Shown here: in pieces, positions 1 through 11,959 of the stretch
Position numbering within the stretch: position 1 is the stretch's first letter
How the letters are laid out: each line of letters starts with the position of its first letter
From: Felis catus
Lineage: Eukaryota
Direction: 5' to 3'
Length of the DNA stretch: 64,000 nucleotides
Assembly: GCF_018350175.1 (NCBI RefSeq)
Contig: NC_058368.1
Location: 27,158,001-27,222,000 of the forward strand
Translations under genes and position numbers: made by a program
The notes under the pieces: generated by a model
Told to the model about the DNA's origin: nothing
Databases searched by the model: none
Seen by the model: only the letters and a program-made list of their open reading frames with translations

Positions 1-170
1 GAGCATGAAGGGGGGAGGGGCAGAGAGAGAAGGAGACACAGAATCGGAAGCAGGCTCCAGGCTCTGAGCCATCAGCCCAGAGCCCCACGCGGTGCTCGAA
101 CTCACTGAGTGTGAGATAGTGACCTGAGCTGAAGTTGGACGCTTAACCGACTGCGCCACCCAGGCGCCCC
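1..170 (-). mobile_element. Can-SINE (SINEC_Fc type), 3' part cut by window edge
   Basis: Reverse complement reads GGGGCGCCTGGGTGGCGCAGTCGGTTAAGCGTCC (tRNA-derived head) followed by the CT-rich body. Confidence 0.95.
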
Positions 171-1214
171 TATGAACGCATGTTCTTAACGCGCGTCGTT
201 CTCCACGAACAGCGTGCTACGTACCAGCTGTTTCCGAAGGCTTCATGCGTGTCAGGGATTATCTTTTTGAGGCAAAGCATTTATCTGACACCTTTGGTCA
301 AAATATTGTGGCTGTAGCCCATATGCTACCCGATTTAGCTGCAGTGTATAAATACTAGTACCAATTGTCAAAGAATTGAAAAAAGTGTTATTCGATCACA
401 AAGAAAGATCTACCACCTATGAGTTTTTCATATTATGTTCCGAAAGTACAACGGGTCAGCATTTTTATAGTAGGAAAGCCTTTTCTGTGGTTTTTAGAGA
501 CCCAAAGTAAACACTTTTAAATGTCAAAAAGCTTAAAAATCCAAACAGGCTGTAGTCTCATTAGAGAACAGACTGGCAAGAATTCACAAATTGAAATATC
601 CTCCCATAAAATTTATTGTAAACAAGAAGTCAGGAAAAGGCATGGACGTAATTCAATAAATATCAGGCTCTGGGTTTCTATCTTCTTAAATTCAAAGATG
701 TTTAAAGTTACATAATTGTACCCTGATACATGTTATCATGATTTACCAATCTTACCTTATAAATTCTGTTTCCCTTCCTTGCAGCTCTGACTGTGGGGGA
801 GAAGAGTACACATGTAGATCAAGTGCTAATCCCTCCTCTGCAAGGTGCTATTATCTCTCTATACCTTAATTTCTCTCCTCCAAATTAGAGACATTTATGA
901 TTCTCCTTTTCCTACTCTTCATAAGTATATAAAAATTAGTCACTGGACTATGTCTAGACAGGGGTAAAATTAACTCTAGGAATTATGTTTATTATTTTAG
1001 GTAACTTTAACCTTTTTTTAATGGACATAATTGTGTCCATTTTGAAGCATATAAACATTTTTTACAACTATTATATAAAGGTTACATAAAAGTAATAGAA
1101 CTCTTGGCTGAGGGTGATGTAATTTTTAAAACAATAATGGAGATAGAAATTTGCAAACAAATTGATGTGGAGGAAAGCACTAAATACTGATGTTGTATTA
1201 AAATGTGTTACTTT

Positions 1215-1424
1215 GGGGAGCCTGGGTGGCTCAGTCAGTTAAGTGGCCCAGGTCATGATCTCAATGTTCGTGAGTTTAAGCCCCACACCGGGCTCTGGGA
1301 TGACAGCTGGGAGCCTGGAGCCTGCTTCAGGTTCTGTGTCTCCCTCTTTCTCTGCCCCTCCCCTGCTCATGCCTCTGTCTCTCCCTCTTTCTCAAAATAA
1401 ATAAACTTTAAAATAAATGTTTTT
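1215..1424 (+). mobile_element. Can-SINE
   Basis: GGGGAGCCTGGGTGGCTCAGTC head, CT tract, A-rich tail; TSD aaatgtgttacttt on both sides. Confidence 0.95.
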
Positions 1425-2181
1425 AAATGTGTTACTTTGATGACTCTTGAGAGTTAAGTGTAAGGAATATGCCCTGATACTGACTTTCCTGTCAAGGATT
1501 TGGATGTCACATGTTTTTTTTTTTTTTTTAATTCGAGCTTTCAGACCACGAATTATGCTATCAGGTTTTAGTTGTATTTTTCTTTCCATCTGTTCTGGTG
1601 AGTTTTAAAAAGTTCTTGGAGAGAACAATCAGAAATTGACATGAGGCACTTTGTTCAGATCATGAATAAACAAATTGATTTATTGGATGGAATAACATTT
1701 TCCATTGGCTGTGTCTACATTTAGGAGGATAGATTGTTTCATGCCTTCTTATTTAAGATGCTCTGGGCCTAATCACCAAAAAAAAAAAAATAATAACAGA
1801 CAGGACTTTAGACATAATAATTGGTGTAATAAAACAACTCCAGTAATAATAATGGCACGCCCTTACATTTTTACAGTACTCTATGATTTGACAATCATTT
1901 TCACACATACGAACATTTAAATTCATCTCATTTGGAATACAAGTGCAATTCAGTAAGTTATTAAGCTTTCAAAGATCTATACCTTCTCTTCTGAGAGTGG
2001 ACACAACGTCTTATAATTATTCTCCTATCAAATGATGCCGGTCCAGATAACACCAAGTTCTCAGAGTTGTTAGCTTCTAGTCTTAGCTCTTTGTTTCTCA
2101 GAAATAGTACTTCATTCCTCAAATAACCAATATTCCTTCTGTTTTGCTGCAGATAAAAGGAATTTAACAAAAGATCACATT

Positions 2182-2411
2182 CTTTTTAAAAATTTTTTAA
2201 CATTTATTTATTTTTGAGAGGGAGAGAGAAAGAGAGAGTGAGTGAGCGAATGGAGGAGGGGCAGGGAGAGAGGGAGACACAGAATCTGAAGCAGGCTCCA
2301 GGCTCTGAGCTGTCAGCACAGAGCCCGACGTGGGGCTTGAACTCACGAACTATGAGATCACGACCTGAGCCAAAGTCAGATGTCTAACGGACTGAGCCAC
2401 CCAGGTACCCC
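2182..2411 (-). mobile_element. Can-SINE
   Basis: Antisense head ends ...gccacccaggtacccc; TSD caaaagatca(c/a)att. Confidence 0.95.
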
Positions 2412-3729
2412 CAAAAGATCAAATTTTAACACAAGATAGCTATGCTGTTGCCGGTGAGAATAACAATTTGTATATTCCAAATCCAGAAATAAAATATATT
2501 TATTCACCCTGGGTGTTCATCTTCCTTAGAAATACTAGTAGAATACTAGTAGAAATTCATGTGATATAATAAGTATAAAATTCTTTGACCTGTGCCCTGA
2601 TGGTTGGCTCTAAAATGACTATACCTGAATTGTTCAAAATACCTAGAATTTGTGTCCAGGTTCATTGATTTTTTTTTTTTTACCCCTTATGACTGTAGAA
2701 TAATCCTTTTCAAGAAAACAGTATGATCTCATACAGAAATTTGGCCTTATTATTATTATTTCAGTGTCAGTTATAAACTGGCATATTTATCTAGTCTAAT
2801 AAATAACAAGTGGGAAAAATGTAAACCATAACGTCTCCAGAGCAACTTTGTTATATTCAACATTTGTATAAGAGAGCATAATTTTAGTAGCAACATCGTT
2901 TAGTTGAAAGTTGGCTTAGGAAAACAGGCATTTCTTAAATTTCCTATTCTTAATTGTCACCAATCACAAGTTACTTTCATACTGTAATATGTAAGGTGAT
3001 TACAAAGATTAAGCATTTAAAAACGAGGCCGACAAATAAAATAGAGAAACCTCTGGAACAGCTGTCATAATAGGTGAGATCCATTTTCCACCCATCAGTG
3101 GCTCGGTTTTGCTTTTCGGAGTGATCCTAAGGGACATTTACTCAGATGGCGTGGTTGTGTTTTGGTTTTCGTTTTGTTTTGTTTTTAGACGTATCTTAAA
3201 AGGCTAGTGATAAGCTGCAATTATTTTGGTTCCCTTGGTCTCCGTTGGCACATAGCTCAGCCTTGGAACTTCTGCGATTCCCAAATGATTTTGTCCGAAG
3301 TGCTCCTTTGGAAGCTCCCAGACAAAACAGGTGAGTAAACGGCAGATGTCTTTCCCTTGATTAAACCAGTTACACTGGAATTCTGCTGAAGGTGGATTGA
3401 AGTCCCACATCCCACACCCTTCCTCCCTGGAGGGTGTCTTTGTAGGTACAGGGGGGCCACTGTCCCCTTGTTACCCTTTGCTTGCCCAAGCCTCTCACTC
3501 CCCTCCCACCGTGCTCTTGGGACCCCAAGGCCTCTGAGCTTCTGAGGTCCCCAACCTCATGCATTTTCTGTCAACAGCTGAGGAGTCGCTGAACCTCTGG
3601 CAAGCTCCGCCAACAAAAGCCCCAGCCTGCAGAAGGAAGGAGGAGGTGTGTGTTTGATGTGCAAAGCTGGAATTCAGAATTACTTTTTGTTTAAGAAGCA
3701 TTGCCCCCGGCACTTCCCCCCCCCCCCCA

Positions 3730-4150
3730 CTCCAGCCTCGCTGGCTGCCTTTTTGTTCTGTGAACACACGAAACTTTTTCCAGCCTTAGCATTTTGTTCC
3801 CACTGTTCTCTCGGCCAGAAACTCCCTGCCACTTCTCTTCCGTCTCACCATTCGGATCTCCTATAGATGTCACTTGCGTCCACATTGAGTGGCCTTGCAC
3901 CCCATGACAATACTCACTTTTACTTTCTTCCTAGCACTTTTCATGGTCCGAAGTAATGTCATTCATCCATTTGTTCATGTCTGTGCTGTGTCCCTTGCTG
4001 CCCCCCTTCCCCACACTGAAAGTTAAGCCTCACAAGAGTAGACGCCTTGCTTTGCGACTGTTGTCGCTCACGACTGCTGTGCTCGCGGCTGTTGTGCCCC
4101 CTTAGGGCAGGCTAGGCACTGGCGGTGGGTGTTCGTCAGATGGGGAATGA
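3730..4150 (+). mobile_element. L2 LINE 3' fragment (ancient)
   Basis: Degenerate L2-like motifs (ttcctagcactt...ttgttcatgtctg...ccacactgaaagttaagcctcacaagag). Confidence 0.55.
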
Positions 4151-4337
4151 GCAAAGGAAGGAACGCATTTGTGTGAGATGGATGGTTGTGTTCTGACTCT
4201 GCCTGAGCAGTTCATAGTCCGGGAGTTCAGGACCAGGCTGCAAAGTTCTCCACCCTGTATAACAAGGTTTCTGTGGGACAGGTGTTCTCTTTTCCAATGC
4301 TTGCCTTAGAGACAAACTTTCGAAACACAACTTTCCT

Positions 4338-4565
4338 GGGGCACCTGGGTGGCCTAGTCGGTTAAGCGTCTGACTTCAGCTCAGGTCATGATCTCGCGGT
4401 CTGTGGGTTCGAGCCCTGCGTCTGGCTCTGTGCTGACAGCTCAGAGCCTGGAGCCTGTTTCAGATTCTGTGTCTCCCTCTTTCTCTGACCCTCCCCTGTT
4501 CATGCTCTCTCTCTCTCTCTTGTCTCAAAAATAAATAAATGTTAAAAACAAATTAAAAATAAAAA
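4338..4565 (+). mobile_element. Can-SINE
   Basis: Full head/CT/A-tail; perfect 16-bp TSD gaaacacaactttcct. Confidence 0.96.
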
Positions 4566-5009
4566 GAAACACAACTTTCCTAAGTGAGGGATTAGCTTTA
4601 CTTCTGTGATAGCAGCTGGTTCAGTTTATTAATTGAGAGCAAGAATAAGTAAACATTTTCTTATTTAAATAAATAGACTTGAGATGTTTGAGAGATGTTT
4701 GTTAACTCCTTGGCAATCTACCTTTTTAAAGTTATTTCCTCCTTCTGTCTGGATGCAGCCTTTTGTTGTACTCACACGACTGTGCTCATGGTCCCTGCGG
4801 GAATGTATGGCTTCCTAGGGCCCTTCGCCCCCTGTGGAGCACACGTTTGTCTTTGCCCATCCTTCCTATCCTCTTCACGTCCTACTCACACCCCAAAGGA
4901 GGAATGCTGCTTTGGGGCTCCCATTTCTGTGGTCACATAGTATGTAAGTAAAGCTTATTGGACTTTCTCACACTCTCACTGATACTGTTTTCTGCATTAA
5001 TTACTATTA

Positions 5010-5215
5010 TCGGGCCATGTTTATTTAAGACCGGCCATATGCCAGGCACTGCTCTGTCAAGTAACTCCTTTTACTCTACAGCAATCCTATAATGTACCTG
5101 TCTGATAAGGATATGGAGACGGAGCCCTGAGAGGTTAAATGGCTCTGGATAATACAATGACCACATCGGGGGTGGGAGGAGGGAGTGTCAGGATTTGCAC
5201 CTTGCAGTTGGCTCC
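5010..5215 (-). mobile_element. MIR fragment
   Basis: atatgccaggcactgctc...caatcctat...gagaggttaaatggct resembles antisense MIR core. Confidence 0.5.
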
Positions 5216-5859
5216 CCATCAGTATGTGTACAGGCGAGCTCATTGTCGGCTGGGCTCATGCCCTGATGTTCTTTGTGTGCTAGGGGTGAGTCTGGTCAAT
5301 GCCCGACACACAGTATATCCTCAACAAATGTATGTTAGTGATCCTGAGAAGGGATGGGATGAACCCCCCCCCCCATCCCCAAATATAAGATCTGGCATAA
5401 TTGCTGTGAACATGAAAAAGGAATCCTGGGAATTAGCTGAATTCTTTCATAGATGAAGCAGTAATTTTCTAGATATGGTCGCTCACTCTGCGTTCTCCTC
5501 CACTCCTCCCAGAATTGCTGGTAGGGAAAAAGGGGAAACAAATAAAAGAGTAAAGAAATTTTGTGTACTGACTTCTGAGTGACTTCTGTGAAAGGAGCAG
5601 GTGCTTTGGGGTCAAGATCCCAATTGAGATTAAGGCAGGAGGCTGCCAGGTGAGAGTGAGCACTTTATAAATGGCCCTGTGAGCGTGTGAAACTTGAGGA
5701 GGGTCTCCACCAATTGGTCCTGGTGACCTTGTGCCCGAGACAAGCGAGATACCCGAAGAGCAGGTCACGGTTGGCATCATGCAGTCCGTATTTTAGAGAT
5801 ACTGATGTTATTGGTGAAAATGTCATCTTTTCTGGAAGACTGTCCCCCATCCCGATGCA

Positions 5860-6620
5860 ACAGCAAAGTCAACAGAGAACAGAAAAATTAGAAAAAGTGT
5901 TTGCGATACACACGGTAGATGATGGACTGATTCCCCTGATAAACAAGGGCCTCGTTCGTATCCATCAGTAAATAGGAAAAGCCCAGTGGAAGAAAATGAG
6001 GAAAGAATATTAATGGTCAGTTCAGAGAATAGCCTGCTTCTCAGAAATATGGCCTCATTAATGATGAAAAACATAAGATAGTATTTTTCACTTGTCAGTT
6101 GAAAACAATTCAAGCCGCTGGCGCTACCGAGAGAGGGCAAGAAGTTTCCACCCTGCTGGAAGGAGCGTAGATTGGCAAAATAGATCTCGGAGGAGGTCCC
6201 GTTGTGCCTGTACACGATGTGTAGCTGTCACTGCAGGAATGCGCGTTGCTTCTTTTGTAATGTGACAACTTGGAAGTGGCCTAAAACTACGCCGATAGAG
6301 ATCTCGGTTTTACAGTGACCTGTTCATAGGATGCAACATAGCCATTTAAGAAAGCGAGTCAATCTGTGCCAGTGATGTGGGACAATGCTGCTGGGGTTTT
6401 GTAATGAGCTGAGCACGTTTGGATAAGATAGCATGTTTTCATACAGTTTAAGCACATGCCAGCAAATATGCACGTGGTTTCATGTGCACGACTGTCCATT
6501 AAGCCGTTCGTGGTTCTTAGCTCTAGAAGGTGGGACTGTGGTGGGAGGCATACCTACATTTCTTGCTTAGTCTTTTGACCTCATGGAAGCTTTTTACTTT
6601 CTCTCGTATTACTTTTATAG
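5860..6620 (+). mobile_element. Highly diverged L1 (L1ME-like) ORF2 end/3'UTR fragment
   Basis: Degenerate L1 3' ORF2 motifs (gaaaaagtgtttgcgatacac, attggcaaaa, acaacttggaag). Confidence 0.5.
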
Positions 6621-7006
6621 AAACACCCTTGTTAGAGTATATCTCAAGCCCTTTACCGAGGGAGAATATGTTTCAGCATTTCTAAAACACTAGTTAACCT
6701 GAAAAATTAGACCATCTCCCTTATGGTCCCTGCTCCTGGGATGTTGTCATTCCTATTAGAAATCAACGTTTCCTTTGTTATACGTTATAAACACCACACC
6801 TTTTGCTGGCTTCCTCCATGACTTTTCCACCACTGTTCTGGGTGCTTCCTTTTCTGTTGCATTACCTTTGACAACTGACGTGAAGGAGGAAGCCCCACAT
6901 AGTCTCTGCAGGTGTGATCTTTGAGCTTCTTCTCATAGCTTTGGATACGTATGATTTGAGGCAATTCGTATATAACCCGGGAGCATTAAAGGAAGCATAT
7001 TTAAAT

Positions 7007-7219
7007 TTTTTTTTTCAACGTTTATTTATTTTTTGGGACAGAGAGAGACAGAGCATGAACGGGGGAGGGGCAGAGAGAGAGGGAGACACAGAATCGGAAA
7101 CAGGCTCCAGGCTCTGAGCCATCAGCCCAGAGCCCGACGCGGGGCTCGAACTCCCGGACCGCGAGATCGTGACCTGGCTGAAGTCGGACGCTTAACCGAC
7201 TGCGCCACCCAGGCGCCCC
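7007..7219 (-). mobile_element. Young Can-SINE (SINEC_Fc)
   Basis: CpG-rich body; perfect 19-bp TSD aaaggaagcatatttaaat (6988-7006 / 7220-7238). Confidence 0.97.
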
Positions 7220-10200
7220 AAAGGAAGCATATTTAAATAAGTGCTCCTTTTCAGAAGTTGTCTCAGTCGCCTGAGAGACCGCGAGGTCTGAGTCCGCAGA
7301 ATCTGCGGTGAGTTTGGGGTCCCTAGATTTAAAGTCCCCTTAAATCCTGCGCTCTCTTCCATGTTGTGGAGGAAGTAAGGTTGTGCACAGAGTACCAGAT
7401 TCCAGTGCTCTTTATAAAGAGCCAAATGATAAAAAATGGTTTTGAAGAAGAGACACTGCAAATGAAGAAGAAAAAAAAACAAAACAAAACAACGTACAAA
7501 AATGTGTTTGGAAGGGGTTTTGTGGCCTGTGACCCTTGCACATTTGAGGGATTAGCAAGCCAGAGGGTGTGTCTCAGTCTAAACGTTATTCCCCAGCACG
7601 CTTGCACGGGCGCAGCTGAATTCTGTTGCGACGTGCCAATTGGCCAGATGTGTGTGAGTTTCCCAGATGAGCCGAGTGGTGCAATGAACTCAGAATGTCC
7701 CTGGTAACATATCTTCCCCTGCTTGTGCTTGTGGCACCTTTTTTGTTGCGGAAGCCAAATGGCTTGCAGAGAAAAGAGGGTCAAGGGAGAGGGGGCCTGG
7801 AAAAGGAGATGCGTTTTCTCCTCTTTAAGGGGACAGAGTGAGTGTGTCCAGAGGCTAGAAGCAGACAATCACGTGGCAGAAAAGAAATACTCTTATCAGA
7901 CAGGTAGCTCGCTCCCAAAGACCCTATCGGCCAACTGGTAAAAGGAGGTCGGCTACATGAAAATATTTTAGAAGGCAAATTCGATAGCTTTCTCACATGA
8001 AAACAAACAAACAAACTCTACTTCTCTTTCATCTTTGTATCTTTTGTGGATTTCCCATCTATAATTTTGCCATAATGATCCATTGTGCCCTCTACCTGGA
8101 AGAGTGGGGAAAGAAGAAAAAGAATGAAAAAGAATGAACTGTCTGATCTATTCAGTGTTGAAAGGTGGAAGTGTCTATGATAAGGTATCGCAGAGGCGAA
8201 AATAAATAGATGAAAACCTGGCAGAGCGACTAAGGCAAATCGGTGACGAATGTGTTGTGATCCGTGATAGAAATGCCAGACTTCCCCCGATGCCACCCCG
8301 AACCTGGACCCAACCTGGAAACATCCTGGCTACTTCAGCCTCGTGCTGGAATCTTAGTCCAGCCCAGCAGCCCACCCTGCCCTGCTGTGCCTCAAAGGGA
8401 GTGGGCAGCCGGCTAATTGTCTTCAAACGAACTACCACTTGAACAAGGACACCCCTAGAGGAACAGTTCACACTGGAGGCTGCAAAGTTCTTGCAACCAC
8501 TCCAGCCCTGTCATCGACACCACAGCTGACGGCCTTTCTGCTGAAAAACTGACAGTGGTCAGAGAAGTGCTTACGGAGGAGGGGAAGGGCAGCCACCAGC
8601 TAGAGGCCGAGCAAAGATGTCTCTTGTTCTGCCCAGAGGTGCCCAGGTCGGCAGATGCTACCTTCTTCTTGACGACTCAGCACCACGTCGGTTCCCTGGC
8701 TCTCACACCGTGCCACCGAGGCGGCCTTCCAGGTAGCCTGGGCTCGTGGTGCAGCTCTCATGGACGGGACCCGCCCCGATCCCTCTTTGTTGTGGTTTAC
8801 TGCCCTGGGATGCTAGGCCTAGATTTGCTCACACTTCATAAGGCGGGAGACAATGTGCGTGTGGAAGACGTGTAGTTCTAGCTGGGTGCATAGGCCCCAT
8901 CGGCTGTGACCTTCTGACCGGCAGATCTCCCTGTGTTTTGTTTCTCACCATTCCTGGGCTTGGTTTAGTTTGGTTTTCTGCTTCGAGCCACAAAATGCAT
9001 CTTCCCCTTTGAGCCCAACTCCTCGAGCCGCGAGAACCTAGCAGGTTTAACTGAAAGGCATCTTAGGATGTTACGCTTGCCAGGGACCGGTGAGGTCGGA
9101 GGAGGGTGCTGTTTCTAGCCCCGTGTGAAGCCCCTGGACCTACGGGGCACCAGACTCCATTCGGAATCAGAAGATCAGTCAAAGCCACGGGCTCCTCGCC
9201 CCTGCCATCTTTGCCCCCTCGGAACATAGAAACCCTTGCAGATGGAAGGTCCTCTCTCCCACACTCATTTCTCTTTCCCTCAGGAAGTTTCTTCCACCAG
9301 GACCGTCGTCCAGTGCCCCTTCCCCTGAAATCGTGGCTTGCTCCTAGGTCTTCTGAAGCCTGTGTTCCACAGAAAGCAAGACCTACGGTTAATGATGTAG
9401 GGAGACTTGCCTTCTTTTGTTGCTGGGTTGCCAGCCGTGACCTTCATAAACAGATTTCCTGATGTGACCTCTAAGTTCTCAGCTTTAACTTGCTGTGAGG
9501 GTAGACAGAGCTACAGTAAAGTAAGATGAGCTTATAAGAAAAAAAATATTTTAAATTAAATATTTACAAAGCAAAAGGTGTAGCAGAATCAAAAGAGTGT
9601 CTATATGGACTATCATCTCTATAAATAGACAATGTAGTGTCCTTAAGGGAAAGCATCATATTCTCTGCGTTGAACACCGCAAAAATGTTTCTTTTGTCTT
9701 TTGCAACATAGTAGAAAAGAAAAATAATGAGTTCTAGAGCTGAAACAATTGGGCAACTAAGCCTAGTAACTTTTTTTAATTGCTTGCTTGTTTTCCTTGA
9801 AGGATCATCAAAGAACACGGGAGAGGTTAAGAGTTTGGCCAAAAAAAAACAAAAAAAAACCCCAAAAAAAACAACACTATTATTTACGCCTCGTGATACA
9901 GTTCGAGCTCACCACAGGATGCTTTTTGCTATGCTTTGAACGTCCATTGGCATCAAAGTACTTTTAATTTTAGGAAACCATCCCCAACGGAGAGTATCTG
10001 AAGTAAGGAAGAGATTTGGGAAGATTGAAAACTGTTAAGTGTGGGAGGAGGTGGGTTATAACTGCTGAACCTTCCTCTGCTTTGATTTCTCTGCTCTGTA
10101 TGTCATCCCTAGCTGCAGTGGAACAGATTCATACATATTTACCAGTTGCAAATTATAAATGTGCAGCCCAGAGAGTAGCAATGTTCTGTGTCTCTGTGTC

Positions 10201-10892
10201 TTTCTTCTTTTCTTCCTGCACTGATGATTCAAAAAGTCTTCACACATCCAGAGTTTTGGAGACTGGTTTTGTAACTTGTCATTTCCTTTGTGTTCCAATT
10301 AAGTCTTTGTAATGGAAATGGAATTTTATTTTCCATTTTGGAAGCTTCTGTGTAGGTAGGCTGAGATTTTCTCCATCCCGTGTCGGGGCTTTGATATAAT
10401 GATTTATTAAGGTACTAGGAGAAATATTGATCCTGCTAATAGCTTCTGCCTTGCCACATAATGTTTTACACTTAACTCAGCTGAAAGACCATATTCCTTC
10501 TCTCGTCATCTGACTGACCATAAATGCTTTGGCCTTTCCTCTGCAATTATCTCACTTACCAAAGCCGTGGGTAGAAGTCAAGTATTTATAGACTAATTAG
10601 TGAAGTCAACATGTCCAAATAGAGTCCGATATATAATACAAAGAAGTATTGTATAGTACTGGGAAATTAGCAAAGGTAGGTGCAATGCAAAGAGGTAAGT
10701 GTTGAGAACACCAATGGTTGAGGACACATGTACTATGGGTGGCAGTTGTCTTTTATGTGATTATTGGGACCTAGCTAAGGTGACGTTGTGACAATAGAAC
10801 TTTTCCTCCGTAGCTTCTCTCCTTGATCCTAACTTCTTTTTACTTATGAAAGCTTTGGGATATTAGTGGGTTTCAAGTTCATTTTAGGTTCT

Positions 10893-11127
10893 GTTTTTGT
10901 TTTTTTTTTTTTTTAATTATTTTAAAGAGAGAGTGCATGAGCAGGGGAGAGAGGCAGGGGGTTGGAGAGAGAGGAAGAGAGGAAGAGAGAGAGGAGAGAG
11001 GGACTCTTAATCAGGTGCCACACTCAGCACAGAGCCAAGACGGGGCTGGATCCCACCACCCTGGGATCATGACCTGAGCCAAAATCAAGAGTCAGATGCT
11101 CAACCCACTGAGTCACCCAGGCACCCC
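10893..11127 (-). mobile_element. Can-SINE, older subfamily
   Basis: Antisense ...gatcatgacctgagccaaaatcaagagtc...caggcacccc with GA tract and T-rich tail. Confidence 0.92.
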
Positions 11128-11220
11128 TTAGATTCATCTTTTTAGAGTTCCGTATCTCAAGTTCACTATCATTTAACACTTGAGCTCTTGGGGAGAAAGA
11201 TACCATTAAAATGTAAATAT

Positions 11221-11430
11221 GGGGCTCCTGGGTGGTTCAGTCGGTTAAGCATCCCACTCTTGATTTCGGCTCAGGTCATGATCTCACAGTTTGTGAGTTT
11301 GAGCCCTGCGTCATGCTTTGGGCTGACAGCTCAGAGCCTGGAGACTGCTTTGGATTCTCTCTCTCACTCTGCCCCTCCCCGACTCATGCCCTGTCTCGCT
11401 CTCAAAAATCAATAAACATTAAAAAAATTT
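11221..11430 (+). mobile_element. Can-SINE
   Basis: GGGGCTCCTGGGTGG head; TSD aaatg(t/c)aaatat. Confidence 0.94.
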
Positions 11431-11694
11431 TAAATGCAAATATCATTTTCTTATACATAAAGCTACATTGTATTTTCAAAATATCTTAAAATCTGTCTTA
11501 GTTATTGTCCAAGGTATAGTTAGCCCCGTTTTGAAAATAAGAAAAAAGTTGCTGGCATATAAAGTGTACTGGGCTGTGAGTCAGAAGATCAGGTTTGGTT
11601 CCTGGCTTTGTAACGAGTCATTGTGTATCCTTGTAGTGGTCACACAAGTCTTTTAGGCTTCAATTTCATCATTTTGGAGCTAGAGATACAAAAC

Positions 11695-11950
11695 TATACA
11701 TATATATATATATATATACATAAATATGTATATACATATACATATATACACATAAGTATGTATATACATATACATATATATACACATATATATATGCATA
11801 TATATGTGTACACACACATATATATGTATATATGTACATATACATATATACATATATATGTGTGTGCACATATATACATATATATGTATATATACATATA
11901 TACACATATACATATATAGCTTAACACAACATATATGTGTGTGTATGTGT
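11695..11950. repeat. Imperfect (TA)/(CATATA)/(TG) microsatellite
   Basis: ~250 bp of alternating purine-pyrimidine repeat next to the 3' end of a minus-strand L1. Confidence 0.97.
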
Positions 11951-11959
11951 TTCCCTTCC

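Noticed and set aside
7033..7236. Recurring ORFs such as MGQRETEHERGRGRER... and MAQSVKRPT...
   Set aside because: They are translations of Can-SINE copies, not a gene family
7329..7868. Longest ORF in the track (179 aa, minus strand)
   Set aside because: No recognisable domain; crosses a simple A-rich tract; consistent with a chance ORF
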